A stretch of DNA of 64,000 nt from Nitrospirota bacterium (GCA_963710375.1 CAVPZX010000007.1:26986-90985); one strand, 5' to 3'. Numbered from the stretch's first letter, positions 38,787 to 49,112 are shown. The notes: generated from the letters alone by a model not told the origin. Numbers and translations are program-made.

Positions 38787-39814
38787 AAGGAATTAAAAAT
38801 AAGAGAGGCACAAGCCTTGTTGAATTGATGATAGCGATGGCAATATTCGCTCTTATACTCGGCGTAATGTTTTCTCTTTATGCAACCATGATCAAAACAT
38901 CCGCATCTACCAGGAAGATCGTAAAAGTGGAGGGAGAGATTACCAATACAGTATGGCCACTTTTCAAAGAGATAGAATCTGCAGGTTTTGGAGTGCCGGC
39001 TAATAGCTTCGGTGGCAGCTGCACTCCTGAAATCAATTACACAGGCGGTGCAGCTAATGGAGTTCTTACTATTTACAGCACTACTACGGCTACCCAGACG
39101 TCTCCAATCCAGACGGCTGCAGGTTCATGGAGTTTTATTCTTGGGTCGTCATGTACGGTATGCATGGCGGGGACTGGATGTCCGGGAGGCGGGTTTAATC
39201 CCGGAGGCGGGTTTAATAATGGAGATATTGTATCAATAATAAGTCCTTCCGACAAAAGCAGTTTAATAACCACCGGTCCGTTCACAACAACAGTGGCAGT
39301 CGGCGGCACGCTCACAGGGTGCGTGTCAACCACCTGGCCGGGCAATATCGCTTACTTTATTAGCCCTGGAGGCGGTCCGACAGGCAGTTGTTACAGCACC
39401 ATATACACTCTCTCTGCAACACCTACAAAGACCTGCGCTTCCGGAACTCAGCAATTGACGAGAAGCAGCGTTGCAGTAGGAAGCGCTGCAAATCCCCAAC
39501 CAATGCTCGACTGTGTGCTTGCTTTTTCCAGTATCTTCGGCTGTATAGATACGAGCGGCAACGTTACCTGGCAGACAGGGAACACATGCACTTTTTTGAA
39601 CTCTAACGGAAATTTTAATCCGAGATTTATAAGGATCGGACTCGTGGTGCAGGACAGTAACCAAAACGAGTATGCCGGGCCGCCGCAAACCAGTATAACA
39701 CTTTTCGGCGACACTCCACCATCAACACAATATACAGTCTCATTAAATACTACACAGGGGACATACAGATGGAGAACAATCGAACGTACTATATCTTTAA
39801 GGAATCTGGAGTAG
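38783..39814 (+). CDS. PilW-like minor pilin
   Basis: Prepilin RG|TSLVELMIAM, EIESAGFG, IRIGLVVQ and YRWRTIERTISLRN. Confidence 0.85.
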   Translation: MKGIKNKRGTSLVELMIAMAIFALILGVMFSLYATMIKTSASTRKIVKVEGEITNTVWPLFKEIESAGFGVPANSFGGSCTPEINYTGGAANGVLTIYSTTTATQTSPIQTAAGSWSFILGSSCTVCMAGTGCPGGGFNPGGGFNNGDIVSIISPSDKSSLITTGPFTTTVAVGGTLTGCVSTTWPGNIAYFISPGGGPTGSCYSTIYTLSATPTKTCASGTQQLTRSSVAVGSAANPQPMLDCVLAFSSIFGCIDTSGNVTWQTGNTCTFLNSNGNFNPRFIRIGLVVQDSNQNEYAGPPQTSITLFGDTPPSTQYTVSLNTTQGTYRWRTIERTISLRNLE

Positions 39815-40344
39815 CGCTTGTAAATACGCTTATTATAGTGGCAGCGAGCCTGCTGCTCATCGGGGGCATCTATTACCTGACCGGCGGCGGCTTTAAGGTA
39901 GCGCTAATAAATAAAAAATTCTCTTCCACCCAGGAGGCTGCGGCAGGCGGGGTTCAGGAAGCAACAGAGGCCTTAAGGCAGCTCATCAATGATTACAACA
40001 ACGGCGCCGGCGGCTTTACGCTAAGTAATAACATGGGGTTTCAAACCAATTATGCAGGCGCAGCGAACGTAATATTTTATTGCCAGAATACTCCACCTAC
40101 GGCAGCACTTCGCGCAAAAACCGCTGATGGCAGGTACCAGATAGATATGACGATCGCATGCCTGGGCCAAAAACCGGTTCCCGGCTCCGGAGGTGCCATG
40201 ATCTTCCCTCCGCCCCCTTCAGCCAGCGGCGGAGGTGGAACAGCGTTTTACTTTTATTCCATAACAGCCCAGGCGCAAGATATACTTGAAACAAAAAACC
40301 CCAGTATAGGCCAGGTACAAGCTGTTTACCGGCTGACGAGATAA
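39769..40344 (+). CDS. PilX-like minor pilin
   Basis: SG|VALVNTL lacking Glu+5 (a PilX hallmark), AAAGGV and FYSITAQA. Confidence 0.8.
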   Translation: MENNRTYYIFKESGVALVNTLIIVAASLLLIGGIYYLTGGGFKVALINKKFSSTQEAAAGGVQEATEALRQLINDYNNGAGGFTLSNNMGFQTNYAGAANVIFYCQNTPPTAALRAKTADGRYQIDMTIACLGQKPVPGSGGAMIFPPPPSASGGGGTAFYFYSITAQAQDILETKNPSIGQVQAVYRLTR

Positions 40345-40351
40345 AAAGATC

Positions 40352-40497
40352 GAAGGTGTGAAGATGAGAAGGTGCGAAGTTGAGAAGAGGCAAATCACAA
40401 ACGCGAAGACTTCTGTCGCAACTTCACAACTTCGCACCTTCTCATCTTCATCCTTTGACGTTGGCTCACCTTCACACCTTCACAACTTCGCACCTTC
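40352..40497. repeat. GAAGNTGN 8-mer palindromic element inside a lipoprotein 5' end
   Basis: Four forward units at 40352-40383; inverted blocks of four units at 40418-40449 and 40466-40497. Confidence 0.9.
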
Positions 40498-41245
40498 GTC
40501 CTTTAGGCGCCGCCTGCGGTTAATTGCCTCACTTGGGTTAGTGGTAATCCTTGCAGTACCGGGGTGTAAAGGGAAGGGCGGTCCTCCTGTGCAATCAACT
40601 TCTCCGAATGTTTCTGAACAGGCCACAGGAACATCCGGTGTTGACGCAAAGGGCGAGACCGGAACAATACAAAAAATTATAGTCTCGGGCGCGCCTGCTG
40701 CGAATAACACTGCTCTAATCTCTCACATAGAGATTACCCCGAAAGCCCCCAAGATCGGAGATACGATTACGATAAACCTTATTCCCCAGGCAGGGGTGTT
40801 GCTTTCATCAGTTCCAGTTGCCTTTGAATGGAGGAAAAACGGAGAAGGTCTGTCAGAGACATCAAACTCGCTCGCGGTAGACAGCAGGTTTAAAAGGGGT
40901 GACAAGGTCGAGGCGACCGTAACTGTCGACAGCGGAAAAGGCCCCAAGCAGTCTTGGCTCGCCTCGGTAGTAATAGCCAATTCTCCACCCGTGATTACTC
41001 CGGCAACTGAATTGGTGAAAGTAAACGGCAGCACATTCTCTTTCAAGGTGAATGCCAGTGATGCGGATGGAGACCCGTTAACATATACTCTAAAATCAGG
41101 TCCGCCTGGTACTACTGTTGACCCTGCAACAGGCAAAGTGACTTTTACAGTACCGGCTGACAATAAAACAAGCTCGCAGATAGCGGTGCTGGTTTCGGAT
41201 GGCCATGGCGGTGAGGCTATCTTCAATTTTGAGATGGGGAAATAA
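40358..41245 (+). CDS. Lipoprotein with Ig/cadherin-like domains
   Basis: h-region and lipobox LAVPGC, FEWRKNG, NSPPVI, ASDADGDPLTY and VSDGHGG. The exact start is uncertain (GTG 40358 or ATG 40364, both inside the repeat). Confidence 0.8.
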   Translation: MKMRRCEVEKRQITNAKTSVATSQLRTFSSSSFDVGSPSHLHNFAPSSFRRRLRLIASLGLVVILAVPGCKGKGGPPVQSTSPNVSEQATGTSGVDAKGETGTIQKIIVSGAPAANNTALISHIEITPKAPKIGDTITINLIPQAGVLLSSVPVAFEWRKNGEGLSETSNSLAVDSRFKRGDKVEATVTVDSGKGPKQSWLASVVIANSPPVITPATELVKVNGSTFSFKVNASDADGDPLTYTLKSGPPGTTVDPATGKVTFTVPADNKTSSQIAVLVSDGHGGEAIFNFEMGK

Positions 41246-41285
41246 AAATTACAAACAGGTTTATCTATCCATAAGTTTATAACGG

Positions 41286-41294
41286 TGATATAAT
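41286..41294 (+). promoter_or_regulatory. Extended -10 promoter
   Basis: TGATATAAT 17 nt upstream of ATG 41312. Confidence 0.55.
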
Positions 41295-41311
41295 TTCAAA
41301 CAAGAGGGACC

Positions 41312-42592
41312 ATGAACACTACACTAGAAAAAATGCCTGAATCGGTCGAAGCAGTCTATTTTTTTAGTGACATTGTCGGAAGAGAAGTCTTTAATAATAA
41401 CGAAAAGATCGGAAATCTCCATGATGTCACCATTCGCGACCACGAGAAGCTTCCGATAGTGACCCACTTTATAATCAACAGGCCGTTAGGCCAGAAGCCG
41501 CTCCTCGTCCCCTGGGCAAAGGTGGTCAGGATCGATCCAAAGGTTATCACACTCAATCTCGAATCAGCAGCGCAGTACGAAGGAGAGCCCGAAGAATCCC
41601 AGGTGCTTTTGAACAACGACATTCTTGACAAAAAAGTGATCGATATGGATGATAACGAGATTGACGTAGTCCATGACATCAGGCTGGTTTTGAACAGGGG
41701 AACCCTTTATGTTACAGATGTGGATTTCGGCAGGTACGGGCTAATGAAAAGACTCCATCTCAAACCGCTCATCAAGCTTCTGTTCGGCGATTCATCCAAG
41801 TTCCTGAAGAAGGATACACTATCCTGGTCATACGTACAGCCGTTGCAGGAAAATATTGGCAGATTCAAGGGCCGTGTCAAGCTGAATGTGCTGAAGGAAA
41901 AGCTGCTCGAAATACATCCGGTAGATATGGCCGATATCCTGGAGGAGCTGAATAAAGAGCAGCGGCTTGCCCTCTTCAATGAGCTAGAAACCGGCCACGC
42001 ATCGGATACCCTCGAAGAGATCGAGCCGAGAGTGCAGAAGGAATTAATTTTTTCTCTAAAGAAGGAAAAAGCGGCAGAGCTTATTAATGATATGACGCCT
42101 GGCCAGGCTGCCGATATCCTTGCCATTTTACCTGCGCCGGAAGCCGATGAGATTATGAAGCTGATCGATAAGGAAAGCGTTCGCAAGATACAATACATGC
42201 TAGACAAGCAGGAGGAGAAGCTTGTCAACCTTTCGACATCTCATTTCATCAAACTTTCGCCCAATACTCATGTCAGCCAGGTCCTTCTCCATTTTCGCGA
42301 GATGGCGAAAGACAAGGATGAGATCATGTACATCTATATTGTCGGAGAAAAGGATGCCTTATTGGGTGTTGTAGACCTTAAAGAAATACTACAGGCAAAA
42401 GAAGAGGACAAACTTGAGGATATTATGACAACGAGTGTTATCAGCCTGAAGCCCGAAGACACGCTCCTCGAGGCCGCTGAAATTTTTTCGAGATATGATT
42501 TCAGGGCGATCCCGGTTACCGATGATCACGATGTGATTCTAGGGGTCGTCCGTTACCGCGACATCGTGAAGCTCAAACATAAGTTCGTCTGA
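41312..42592 (+). CDS. Soluble PRC-barrel plus MgtE N-domain plus CBS-pair protein
   Basis: LLVPW, ILDKKVID, IHPVDMADILEEL, YIYIV...LLGVV and RYDFRAIPV; no TM segments. Confidence 0.85.
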   Translation: MNTTLEKMPESVEAVYFFSDIVGREVFNNNEKIGNLHDVTIRDHEKLPIVTHFIINRPLGQKPLLVPWAKVVRIDPKVITLNLESAAQYEGEPEESQVLLNNDILDKKVIDMDDNEIDVVHDIRLVLNRGTLYVTDVDFGRYGLMKRLHLKPLIKLLFGDSSKFLKKDTLSWSYVQPLQENIGRFKGRVKLNVLKEKLLEIHPVDMADILEELNKEQRLALFNELETGHASDTLEEIEPRVQKELIFSLKKEKAAELINDMTPGQAADILAILPAPEADEIMKLIDKESVRKIQYMLDKQEEKLVNLSTSHFIKLSPNTHVSQVLLHFREMAKDKDEIMYIYIVGEKDALLGVVDLKEILQAKEEDKLEDIMTTSVISLKPEDTLLEAAEIFSRYDFRAIPVTDDHDVILGVVRYRDIVKLKHKFV

Positions 42593-42705
42593 TCGTTTTG
42601 TAACATTATTGTAATGTTTTTTTGTTACGATAATCATCGGACTGCACACTGAGAACTATCCGATAGTCGTTTCCGCAGATTTGAATAGAAAAGGAGATTT
42701 CGGTA

Positions 42706-43851
42706 ATGGAGAATAATAGAGTTTTCCTCTGCCTCATCGCAGCAGGCGCGCTTTTACTGCTCACGTGTTCGGGATTCGGTTGCCGGCGCGGTGCAGCAGA
42801 TGGCGATACACACAATGTAATCGTGAAATCTCCCGATCCCGGTGTGCTCCAAATGGAACACCCGGAGCAGTTCCCCCTGGTAGAGGCTGAAGCCAGGAAA
42901 GTTGCTGATGAAACCCCTGTCAACGGGGTAGTCGCTCCGGATGTGAACCGCTCCGTAGCCGTATTGTCGCTGAGCGGCGGCCGTGTAGTGGACATTAAAG
43001 CCAGACTTGGAGACGACGTAAAAAAAGGCCAGATCCTGTTAAGGATACATAGCCCCGACCTCGCCGCTGCATTCTCTGATTTCGAAAAGGCACAGGCCGA
43101 TGAGATGCTGTCCCGTAAGCAATTAGAGCGTGCCAAGGGCCTCTTTGCAAATGGGGCCAACGCTGCAAAGGACCTGGAGGCCGCCCAGAATGCTGAGGAC
43201 AAGGCCAAGGTTGATCTGAAGATCGCGGCTGACCATGTCCGTGTGCTAGGCGGCGACCCTGATCATTTCTCTCCTGTTCTCGATGTTAGGGCGCCCATTT
43301 CCGGTACAATCGTCGAGCAGAATGTTACGGGCGGCACAGGGGTCCGTTCCCTGGATGCTACCCCAAACCTTTTCACCATCGCTGACCTGTCGCGCGTGTG
43401 GGTCTTGTGTGACGTTTACGAAGATGACATCTCACGGGTGCATTTAGGGGATACAGCCGAGGTCCGTCTTAATGCATTTCAAGACAGATTGTTCCGCGGC
43501 ATAGTAAGTAACATCAGCCGGGTAATGGACCCAAACATACGGTCGGCAAAGGTCCGCATCGAACTGGACAACCCGGGTCTGGTTATGCGTTCGGGTATGT
43601 TTGTAACAGCGGTGATTCGTTCTCCAAAAAGTATCGAACGGCCTGTTCTGCCCGCTTCCGCTATCGTGCGCCTTCATGACAAGTACTGGGTCTTCCAGCC
43701 TTTAGGCGGCAATCGATTCCGGAGAACAGAGGTACAGACCGGGCCTGAGGTGAACGACACACTCCAGCAAATTCTCTCGGGCTTAAAAGTTCATGACAAG
43801 GTGGTAGTCAACGCTCTGCAGTTTTCGAGTGCCTCAGAGGCAGCAAAATAA
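42706..43851 (+). CDS. RND efflux membrane fusion protein
   Basis: GRVVDI..RLGDDVKKGQ, RAPISGTI, LFTIADLSRVWV and MRSGMFV. Confidence 0.93.
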   Translation: MENNRVFLCLIAAGALLLLTCSGFGCRRGAADGDTHNVIVKSPDPGVLQMEHPEQFPLVEAEARKVADETPVNGVVAPDVNRSVAVLSLSGGRVVDIKARLGDDVKKGQILLRIHSPDLAAAFSDFEKAQADEMLSRKQLERAKGLFANGANAAKDLEAAQNAEDKAKVDLKIAADHVRVLGGDPDHFSPVLDVRAPISGTIVEQNVTGGTGVRSLDATPNLFTIADLSRVWVLCDVYEDDISRVHLGDTAEVRLNAFQDRLFRGIVSNISRVMDPNIRSAKVRIELDNPGLVMRSGMFVTAVIRSPKSIERPVLPASAIVRLHDKYWVFQPLGGNRFRRTEVQTGPEVNDTLQQILSGLKVHDKVVVNALQFSSASEAAK

Positions 43852-46800
43852 ATGATCGAACGGCTCCTCGATTTTGCTCTCCGAAACAAGATCCTGGTCC
43901 TGAGTATAGGCCTTCTGCTTCTTATCTGGGGCATAATTGCATTCCATCGTTTGCCTATAGAAGCTTACCCGGACGTGGCAGACAAATATGCCCAAGTGAT
44001 CACTCAGTGGCCCGGCCGGGCAGCAGAGGAGGTCGAACAGCAGGTCACGATTCCAATAGAGACACAAATGAACGGAATGGGACATCTCGTACACCTTCGT
44101 TCCCTTTCACTCGCCGGTTTGTCTGTCATAACCGTGATTTTCGATGACGACTCCGACAACCTCCAAAACCGCCAGCAGGTGCTCGAAAAGCTTACACTCG
44201 TAAATCTGCCCGCCGGCCTGAGCCCCCAGATAGGCGCTGATTTCAGCCCTGTAGGACAGGTATACTGGTATACCCTGGAGGGCAGGAATCCACAGTACGA
44301 TATCATGGAGCTGAAGCGGCTGCAAGACTGGACAGTATTCAAATATCTTATGTCGGTCCCGAATATTGCGTCTGTATCCGGCTTCGGCGGCCAGACCCGT
44401 GAATACCAGGTCCAGGTCGATCCCAACAAACTGGTTTCGTATGGATTGTCCATAGCTCAGGTGGAGCAGGCCCTCGCCGCGAACAATATCAATGCCGGCG
44501 GAAGCTTTATCGAAAGGGGTCAACAGGCCTACAACGTCAGGGTCGTTGGTTTGATGCGCGATACTGATGACATCGGCGCTACTATCCTGAAGACGCAGAA
44601 TGGGACGCCGGTCAGGATCAGGGATATAGCAATCGTAAGACAGGGACCCAAGATACGCCTGGGCCGCATAGGCAAGGCGATCCGGCACGAAGACGGACGT
44701 GTTATAGACGATGATGATGTTGTCGAGGGCATTGTCCAGATGCGGAAAGGAGCTGAAACAGAGTCAACAATGGCTGCCTTGCACGCCAAAGTCGCATATC
44801 TGAATAAACATATCCTGCCGCCCGGAGTTAAAATTATTTCCTACCTCGACCGCGACGATCTAGTCCACTATACGACGCATACAGTCCTCCGCAACCTTAC
44901 TGAGGGAATAATTCTGGTCGTAATAGTCCTCTTTATTTTCCTTGGGAATGTACGCTCTGCGATTATCGTGGCTCTCACAATCCCGTTTGCTTTGTTCTTC
45001 GCTTCCATCCTTCTCGACCTTCGTCACATCCCGGCCAATTTATTGTCTCTGGGCGCTCTTGATTTCGGAATGATCGTTGATGGTTCAGTCGTTATGGTGG
45101 AAAATATTTTGCGCAGGCTTGAGGAATCCGAAAAAAAGATGGGGAGCTTCAGCCAGACCATTCATCTGGCGGCACATGAAGTGCAGCGCCCCGTTTTTTT
45201 CTCGCGTGCGATCATCATTACTACCTTCCTGCCGATCTTTACTTTGCAGCGCGTCGAAGGCAGATTGTTTCATCCTATGGCGTGGACCGTGTGTTTCGCC
45301 TTGCTGGGAGCTCTGCTCTTTTCGATCCTGCTCGCTCCGGTGCTCGCGAGCTTCCTTTTCCGCAGGCGGGAGCAGAAATGGAAGAATCCTGTGCTGGTGT
45401 GGCTTCTGGACAATTACCCGAAGGCTCTGGACTGGTCGTTCCGTCACCGCATGCTCGTAATAGGATTAGGCGCAGCCTCACTCTGCCTGACTGTCTACCT
45501 AGCTACCAGCAAAGTGATCGGTTCCGAATTTTTGCCGCACCTCGACGAAGGCGCTATTTGGGCCAGGGGCACGCTCGATTCGAGCGTCGGGCCTTCAGAA
45601 GGCACACGTATCATGAATCAGGCACGGCTTGCATTTGCGGCTTTCCCTGAAGTGACTCAGGTTGTTTGCCAAATAGGCAGAACTGACGACGGTACAGATC
45701 CTACCGGCTTCTTCAACACCGAGTATTTCATCGACCTCAAGCCGCGGGACAAATGGCGAAAACAGTTTCATAAGAAAAAAGACGAGTTGATCGAAGCCCT
45801 GAACAAAGAAGTCGAAAAGATACCGGGCGTTGACTGGGGATTTTCGCAGCCCATCGAAGACAACATGGAGGAGGCCCTGAGTGGGGTAAAAGGCGAGTCT
45901 GCTGCCAAGCTTTTCGGCGGCGATCTGAAGGACCTTGAGCAGAAGGCAGGAGAAATAGCAGATGTTATGCGAACGGTCCCCGGAATCGAAGACCTTGGAG
46001 TTTTCAGAGTGCTTGGGCAGCCTAACCTGAACCTTATTGTCAATCGCGCAAAGGCAGACCGCTTCGGAATTAATGTGGTGGACATCCAGGACGCTATTCA
46101 AACGGCTGTGGGAGGCAATCCTGTGACAGAGGTGTTGAAAGGGGAAGAGCGCTTCGACCTGGTAGTGAGATACCAGGAACATTTCCGCAGGACCATCGAG
46201 GACATAGCGAACATACGGATTCTGGCGCCGTCCGGCGAAAGGGTCTCGCTCGGACAGCTATGTGATATTAAGGTTGAAGATGGAGCTTCGATGATCTACA
46301 GGGAGGCAAACTCGCGGTATATCGCCATAAAATACAGCGTACGCGGCAGGGACCTCGGAAGCACAGTTGAAGAAGCCATGAAGAGGGTCAATGACAAGGT
46401 GAAGCTGCCGCAAGGCTATCATCTTGACTGGGCCGGAGAGTATGAAAGCCAGAAGCGCGCAAATGCGCGACTTTCAATCATTATCCCTGTCGCGCTTCTC
46501 ATGATACTGCTTCTTCTCTACATGATGTTCAAATCGTTCAAGTGGGCCATCCTTGTCCTCGGCAACGTGGCCGCGGCCAGCATAGGAGGCTTTCTGTCTC
46601 TCCTTGCCACCGGGACTAATTTCAGCGTTTCATCTGGCATCGGGTTGCTTGCTCTGACAGGAGTGGCTGTGGAGATCGGCGTTATTATGGTGCAATATAT
46701 AAATCAGCTCCGTTCCAGAGGCTTGCATATCGAAAGTGCGGCAATCGGAGGCGCTACCCGCCGGCTGCGCCCTATCATTATGACGATGCTTGTCGCCACG

Positions 46801-46989
46801 CTGGGCTTATTGCCCGCGGCTTTGTCTCACGATATCGGGTCCGATTCCCAGCGTCCCTTTGCGATCGTAATTGTGGGCGGACTGATCACCAACCTGTTGA
46901 TAAGCGTCTTTCTATTGCCTACACTATACGTATGGATTGCAAGAGAGGACGATATACTTCCGAAGCCGGAGGAGAACAGTGAACAATAA
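43852..46989 (+). CDS. CusA/CzcA family RND transporter
   Basis: LPIEAYPD, ANLLSLGALDFGMIVDGSVVMVEN, RLRPIIMT and QRPFAIVIVGG. Confidence 0.95.
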   Translation: MIERLLDFALRNKILVLSIGLLLLIWGIIAFHRLPIEAYPDVADKYAQVITQWPGRAAEEVEQQVTIPIETQMNGMGHLVHLRSLSLAGLSVITVIFDDDSDNLQNRQQVLEKLTLVNLPAGLSPQIGADFSPVGQVYWYTLEGRNPQYDIMELKRLQDWTVFKYLMSVPNIASVSGFGGQTREYQVQVDPNKLVSYGLSIAQVEQALAANNINAGGSFIERGQQAYNVRVVGLMRDTDDIGATILKTQNGTPVRIRDIAIVRQGPKIRLGRIGKAIRHEDGRVIDDDDVVEGIVQMRKGAETESTMAALHAKVAYLNKHILPPGVKIISYLDRDDLVHYTTHTVLRNLTEGIILVVIVLFIFLGNVRSAIIVALTIPFALFFASILLDLRHIPANLLSLGALDFGMIVDGSVVMVENILRRLEESEKKMGSFSQTIHLAAHEVQRPVFFSRAIIITTFLPIFTLQRVEGRLFHPMAWTVCFALLGALLFSILLAPVLASFLFRRREQKWKNPVLVWLLDNYPKALDWSFRHRMLVIGLGAASLCLTVYLATSKVIGSEFLPHLDEGAIWARGTLDSSVGPSEGTRIMNQARLAFAAFPEVTQVVCQIGRTDDGTDPTGFFNTEYFIDLKPRDKWRKQFHKKKDELIEALNKEVEKIPGVDWGFSQPIEDNMEEALSGVKGESAAKLFGGDLKDLEQKAGEIADVMRTVPGIEDLGVFRVLGQPNLNLIVNRAKADRFGINVVDIQDAIQTAVGGNPVTEVLKGEERFDLVVRYQEHFRRTIEDIANIRILAPSGERVSLGQLCDIKVEDGASMIYREANSRYIAIKYSVRGRDLGSTVEEAMKRVNDKVKLPQGYHLDWAGEYESQKRANARLSIIIPVALLMILLLLYMMFKSFKWAILVLGNVAAASIGGFLSLLATGTNFSVSSGIGLLALTGVAVEIGVIMVQYINQLRSRGLHIESAAIGGATRRLRPIIMTMLVATLGLLPAALSHDIGSDSQRPFAIVIVGGLITNLLISVFLLPTLYVWIAREDDILPKPEENSEQ

Positions 46990-48517
46990 AAACACAGAAG
47001 TTGAGAAGTTGGGAAGTTGGGAAGTTGGGATTTTGGGATTTTGCTCAGCTTCACATCTTCACATCTTCGCAACTTCAATTCTGTCCCTTGTGCTAATGAC
47101 CGGATGCGCGGTTGGGCCAGATTTTCAGCGCCCGTCCGCGCCTGCTGTCTCCGACTACGCACTGCAGCCCCTTCCCGCGCAAACAGCTTCGGTTGATGTG
47201 AAGGGCGGCGAGGCGCAGCGTTTTGTGCGTGACATGGACATACCGGGCCAATGGTGGACACTTTTTCATTCCAAACCGCTCAATGACCTGATTGAACAAT
47301 CGCTCAAGGCCAACCCCGATCTTGAAGCCGCCAAGGCAACGCTCCGCGTCGCAAGAGAAAACGTCTATGCGCAGCAAGGCGCGTTCTTTCCAAGTGTGGA
47401 AGCCAGTTTCATTCCATCGCGACAAAAGTCTGCGGGAGTGTTGGCCCCTCCGTTAGCCAATAACAATGATCTCTACAGCCTTTACACTGCGCAGGTTGCT
47501 GTTGCATATGCTCCTGATGTGTTCGGAGGCAACCGTAGACAGGTGGAATCGCTCAAGGCACAGGCCGAATCGGAGCGCTTCCAGCTCGAAGCTGCTTGCC
47601 TGACACTGACATCGAACGTGGTAGCTGCTGCGGTACAGGAGGCTTCTTTGCGCGGACAAATTGCAGCCACTAAGCGGATTATCGATATCCAGAGTGATAC
47701 TCTCAAACTGCTGAAACGTCAATACGAGCTGGGCCAGGTTGCCGGTTTGGATGTGGCGGCACAGGAAGCAGCGCTCGCACAGGCAGAGGCTGCGCTGCCG
47801 CCGCTCGAAAAGCAGTTGGCGCAACAGCGCGACCTCCTGGCACGGCTTGCAGGTTCCTTCCCGAGCGAGAAACTTGCTCAGGAGTTTGAACTCTCTTCGC
47901 TGCAACTGCCCCAGGAACTTCCTGTGAGCCTTCCATCCAAATTAGTGGAGCAACGGCCTGACGTGAGGTCTGCCGAAGAGCAGCTGCATTCTGCCGGCGC
48001 AGAGATCGGCGTCGCAATAGCCAACCGGCTGCCGAATATTACGCTTAGCGCCAATTTGGGCAGCAGCGCTACTGCGATCAACAATTTGTTCAGCCCGGGA
48101 ACTGGATTTTGGGCACTTGCCGGTAATATCACACAGCCGGTCTTCCAGGGCGGCACATTGCTGCACAGGCAGCGTGCTGCTGAGGCAGCCTATGATCAGG
48201 CTGCTGCACAGTATCGCAGCACAGTGCTGACCGCATTCCAGAATGTGGCCGATAGTCTCCACGCAATACAATCCGATGCCGATGAACTGAAAGCTGCTGC
48301 CGCTGCAGAGCATGCCGCAGCCAAGAGCCTCTCCATTGCACAACATCAACTCGAATTGGGCGACATCAGTTATTTGGGACTTCTCAATGCCGAACAGACT
48401 TATCAGCAGGCGGTGATCAATATGGTGCAGGCCCTTGCAAACCGGTATTCTGATACCGCAGCGCTGTTCCAGGCCCTGGGCGGCGGCTGGTGGAACCGCT
48501 CTGACGTTAAAGAATAA
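46979..48517 (+). CDS. NodT family efflux outer membrane lipoprotein
   Basis: GTG start with GGAGG SD, lipobox LMTGC-AVGPDF, WWTLF, RPDVRSAE and ALGGGW. Confidence 0.93.
   Translation: MNNKNTEVEKLGSWEVGILGFCSASHLHIFATSILSLVLMTGCAVGPDFQRPSAPAVSDYALQPLPAQTASVDVKGGEAQRFVRDMDIPGQWWTLFHSKPLNDLIEQSLKANPDLEAAKATLRVARENVYAQQGAFFPSVEASFIPSRQKSAGVLAPPLANNNDLYSLYTAQVAVAYAPDVFGGNRRQVESLKAQAESERFQLEAACLTLTSNVVAAAVQEASLRGQIAATKRIIDIQSDTLKLLKRQYELGQVAGLDVAAQEAALAQAEAALPPLEKQLAQQRDLLARLAGSFPSEKLAQEFELSSLQLPQELPVSLPSKLVEQRPDVRSAEEQLHSAGAEIGVAIANRLPNITLSANLGSSATAINNLFSPGTGFWALAGNITQPVFQGGTLLHRQRAAEAAYDQAAAQYRSTVLTAFQNVADSLHAIQSDADELKAAAAAEHAAAKSLSIAQHQLELGDISYLGLLNAEQTYQQAVINMVQALANRYSDTAALFQALGGGWWNRSDVKE
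46997..47076. repeat. GAAGNTGN 8-mer palindromic element inside an OMF signal peptide
   Basis: gaagttga-(gaagttgg)x3-gattttgg ... tcagcttc-acatcttc-acatcttc-gcaacttc. Confidence 0.9.
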
Positions 48518-48611
48518 CCATAGCAACCGGTACCGAAAAAGGGACAAGGAAGAAATATATAAGCTCGTTGCACTGAGATTTAAAAAGTTCCCTACGTCTG
48601 AAGGAGATTAC

Positions 48612-49112
48612 ATGAAAAAAACCATAAAGGAAAGCTCAGTAGTGATGGCTCAAGTTATGCTGCCTCAGGATGCAAATCCGGCCGGTAATGTGCATGGTGG
48701 TGTGATAATGAAGCTGATTGATACAGCAGCGGGTGTGGTATCTAGTCGTCATGCTCGATCAAACACGGTCACCGCTTCTATAGATATGATGGCCTTCCAT
48801 AATCCTGTATTCGTCGGTGATCTGCTTTGGCTTAAGGCATGCATTAATATGGTTGGCAAGACCTCGATGGAGATTGGTGTCAGGGTAGAGGCTGAAAACT
48901 CCATTACGGGCGAGATCAGGCATACATCGTCGGCATATCTAACATTTGTTGCTCTTGGTCCTGATGGAAAACCTACGCAAGTGCCCGAGCTGATACTGGA
49001 TACAGATGACGATAGACGGAGGAATCAAGAGGCGATCATGCGGAGGAAGGCAAGGCTTGAGCTTCGGAGGAAAGAAGAACAATGTAAACAGGATGGTATT
49101 TGCCCGATCTAG
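48612..49112 (+). CDS. Acyl-CoA thioesterase (hotdog fold, YciA-like)
   Basis: AAGGAG SD, PQDANPAGNVHGG, VTASID, GKTSMEIGV and YLTFVA. Confidence 0.93.
   Translation: MKKTIKESSVVMAQVMLPQDANPAGNVHGGVIMKLIDTAAGVVSSRHARSNTVTASIDMMAFHNPVFVGDLLWLKACINMVGKTSMEIGVRVEAENSITGEIRHTSSAYLTFVALGPDGKPTQVPELILDTDDDRRRNQEAIMRRKARLELRRKEEQCKQDGICPI

Noticed and set aside
39182..39217. 18-bp tandem duplication (PGGGFN x2) in pilW
   Set aside because: In-frame, only two copies, in a variable loop; probably a neutral micro-duplication.
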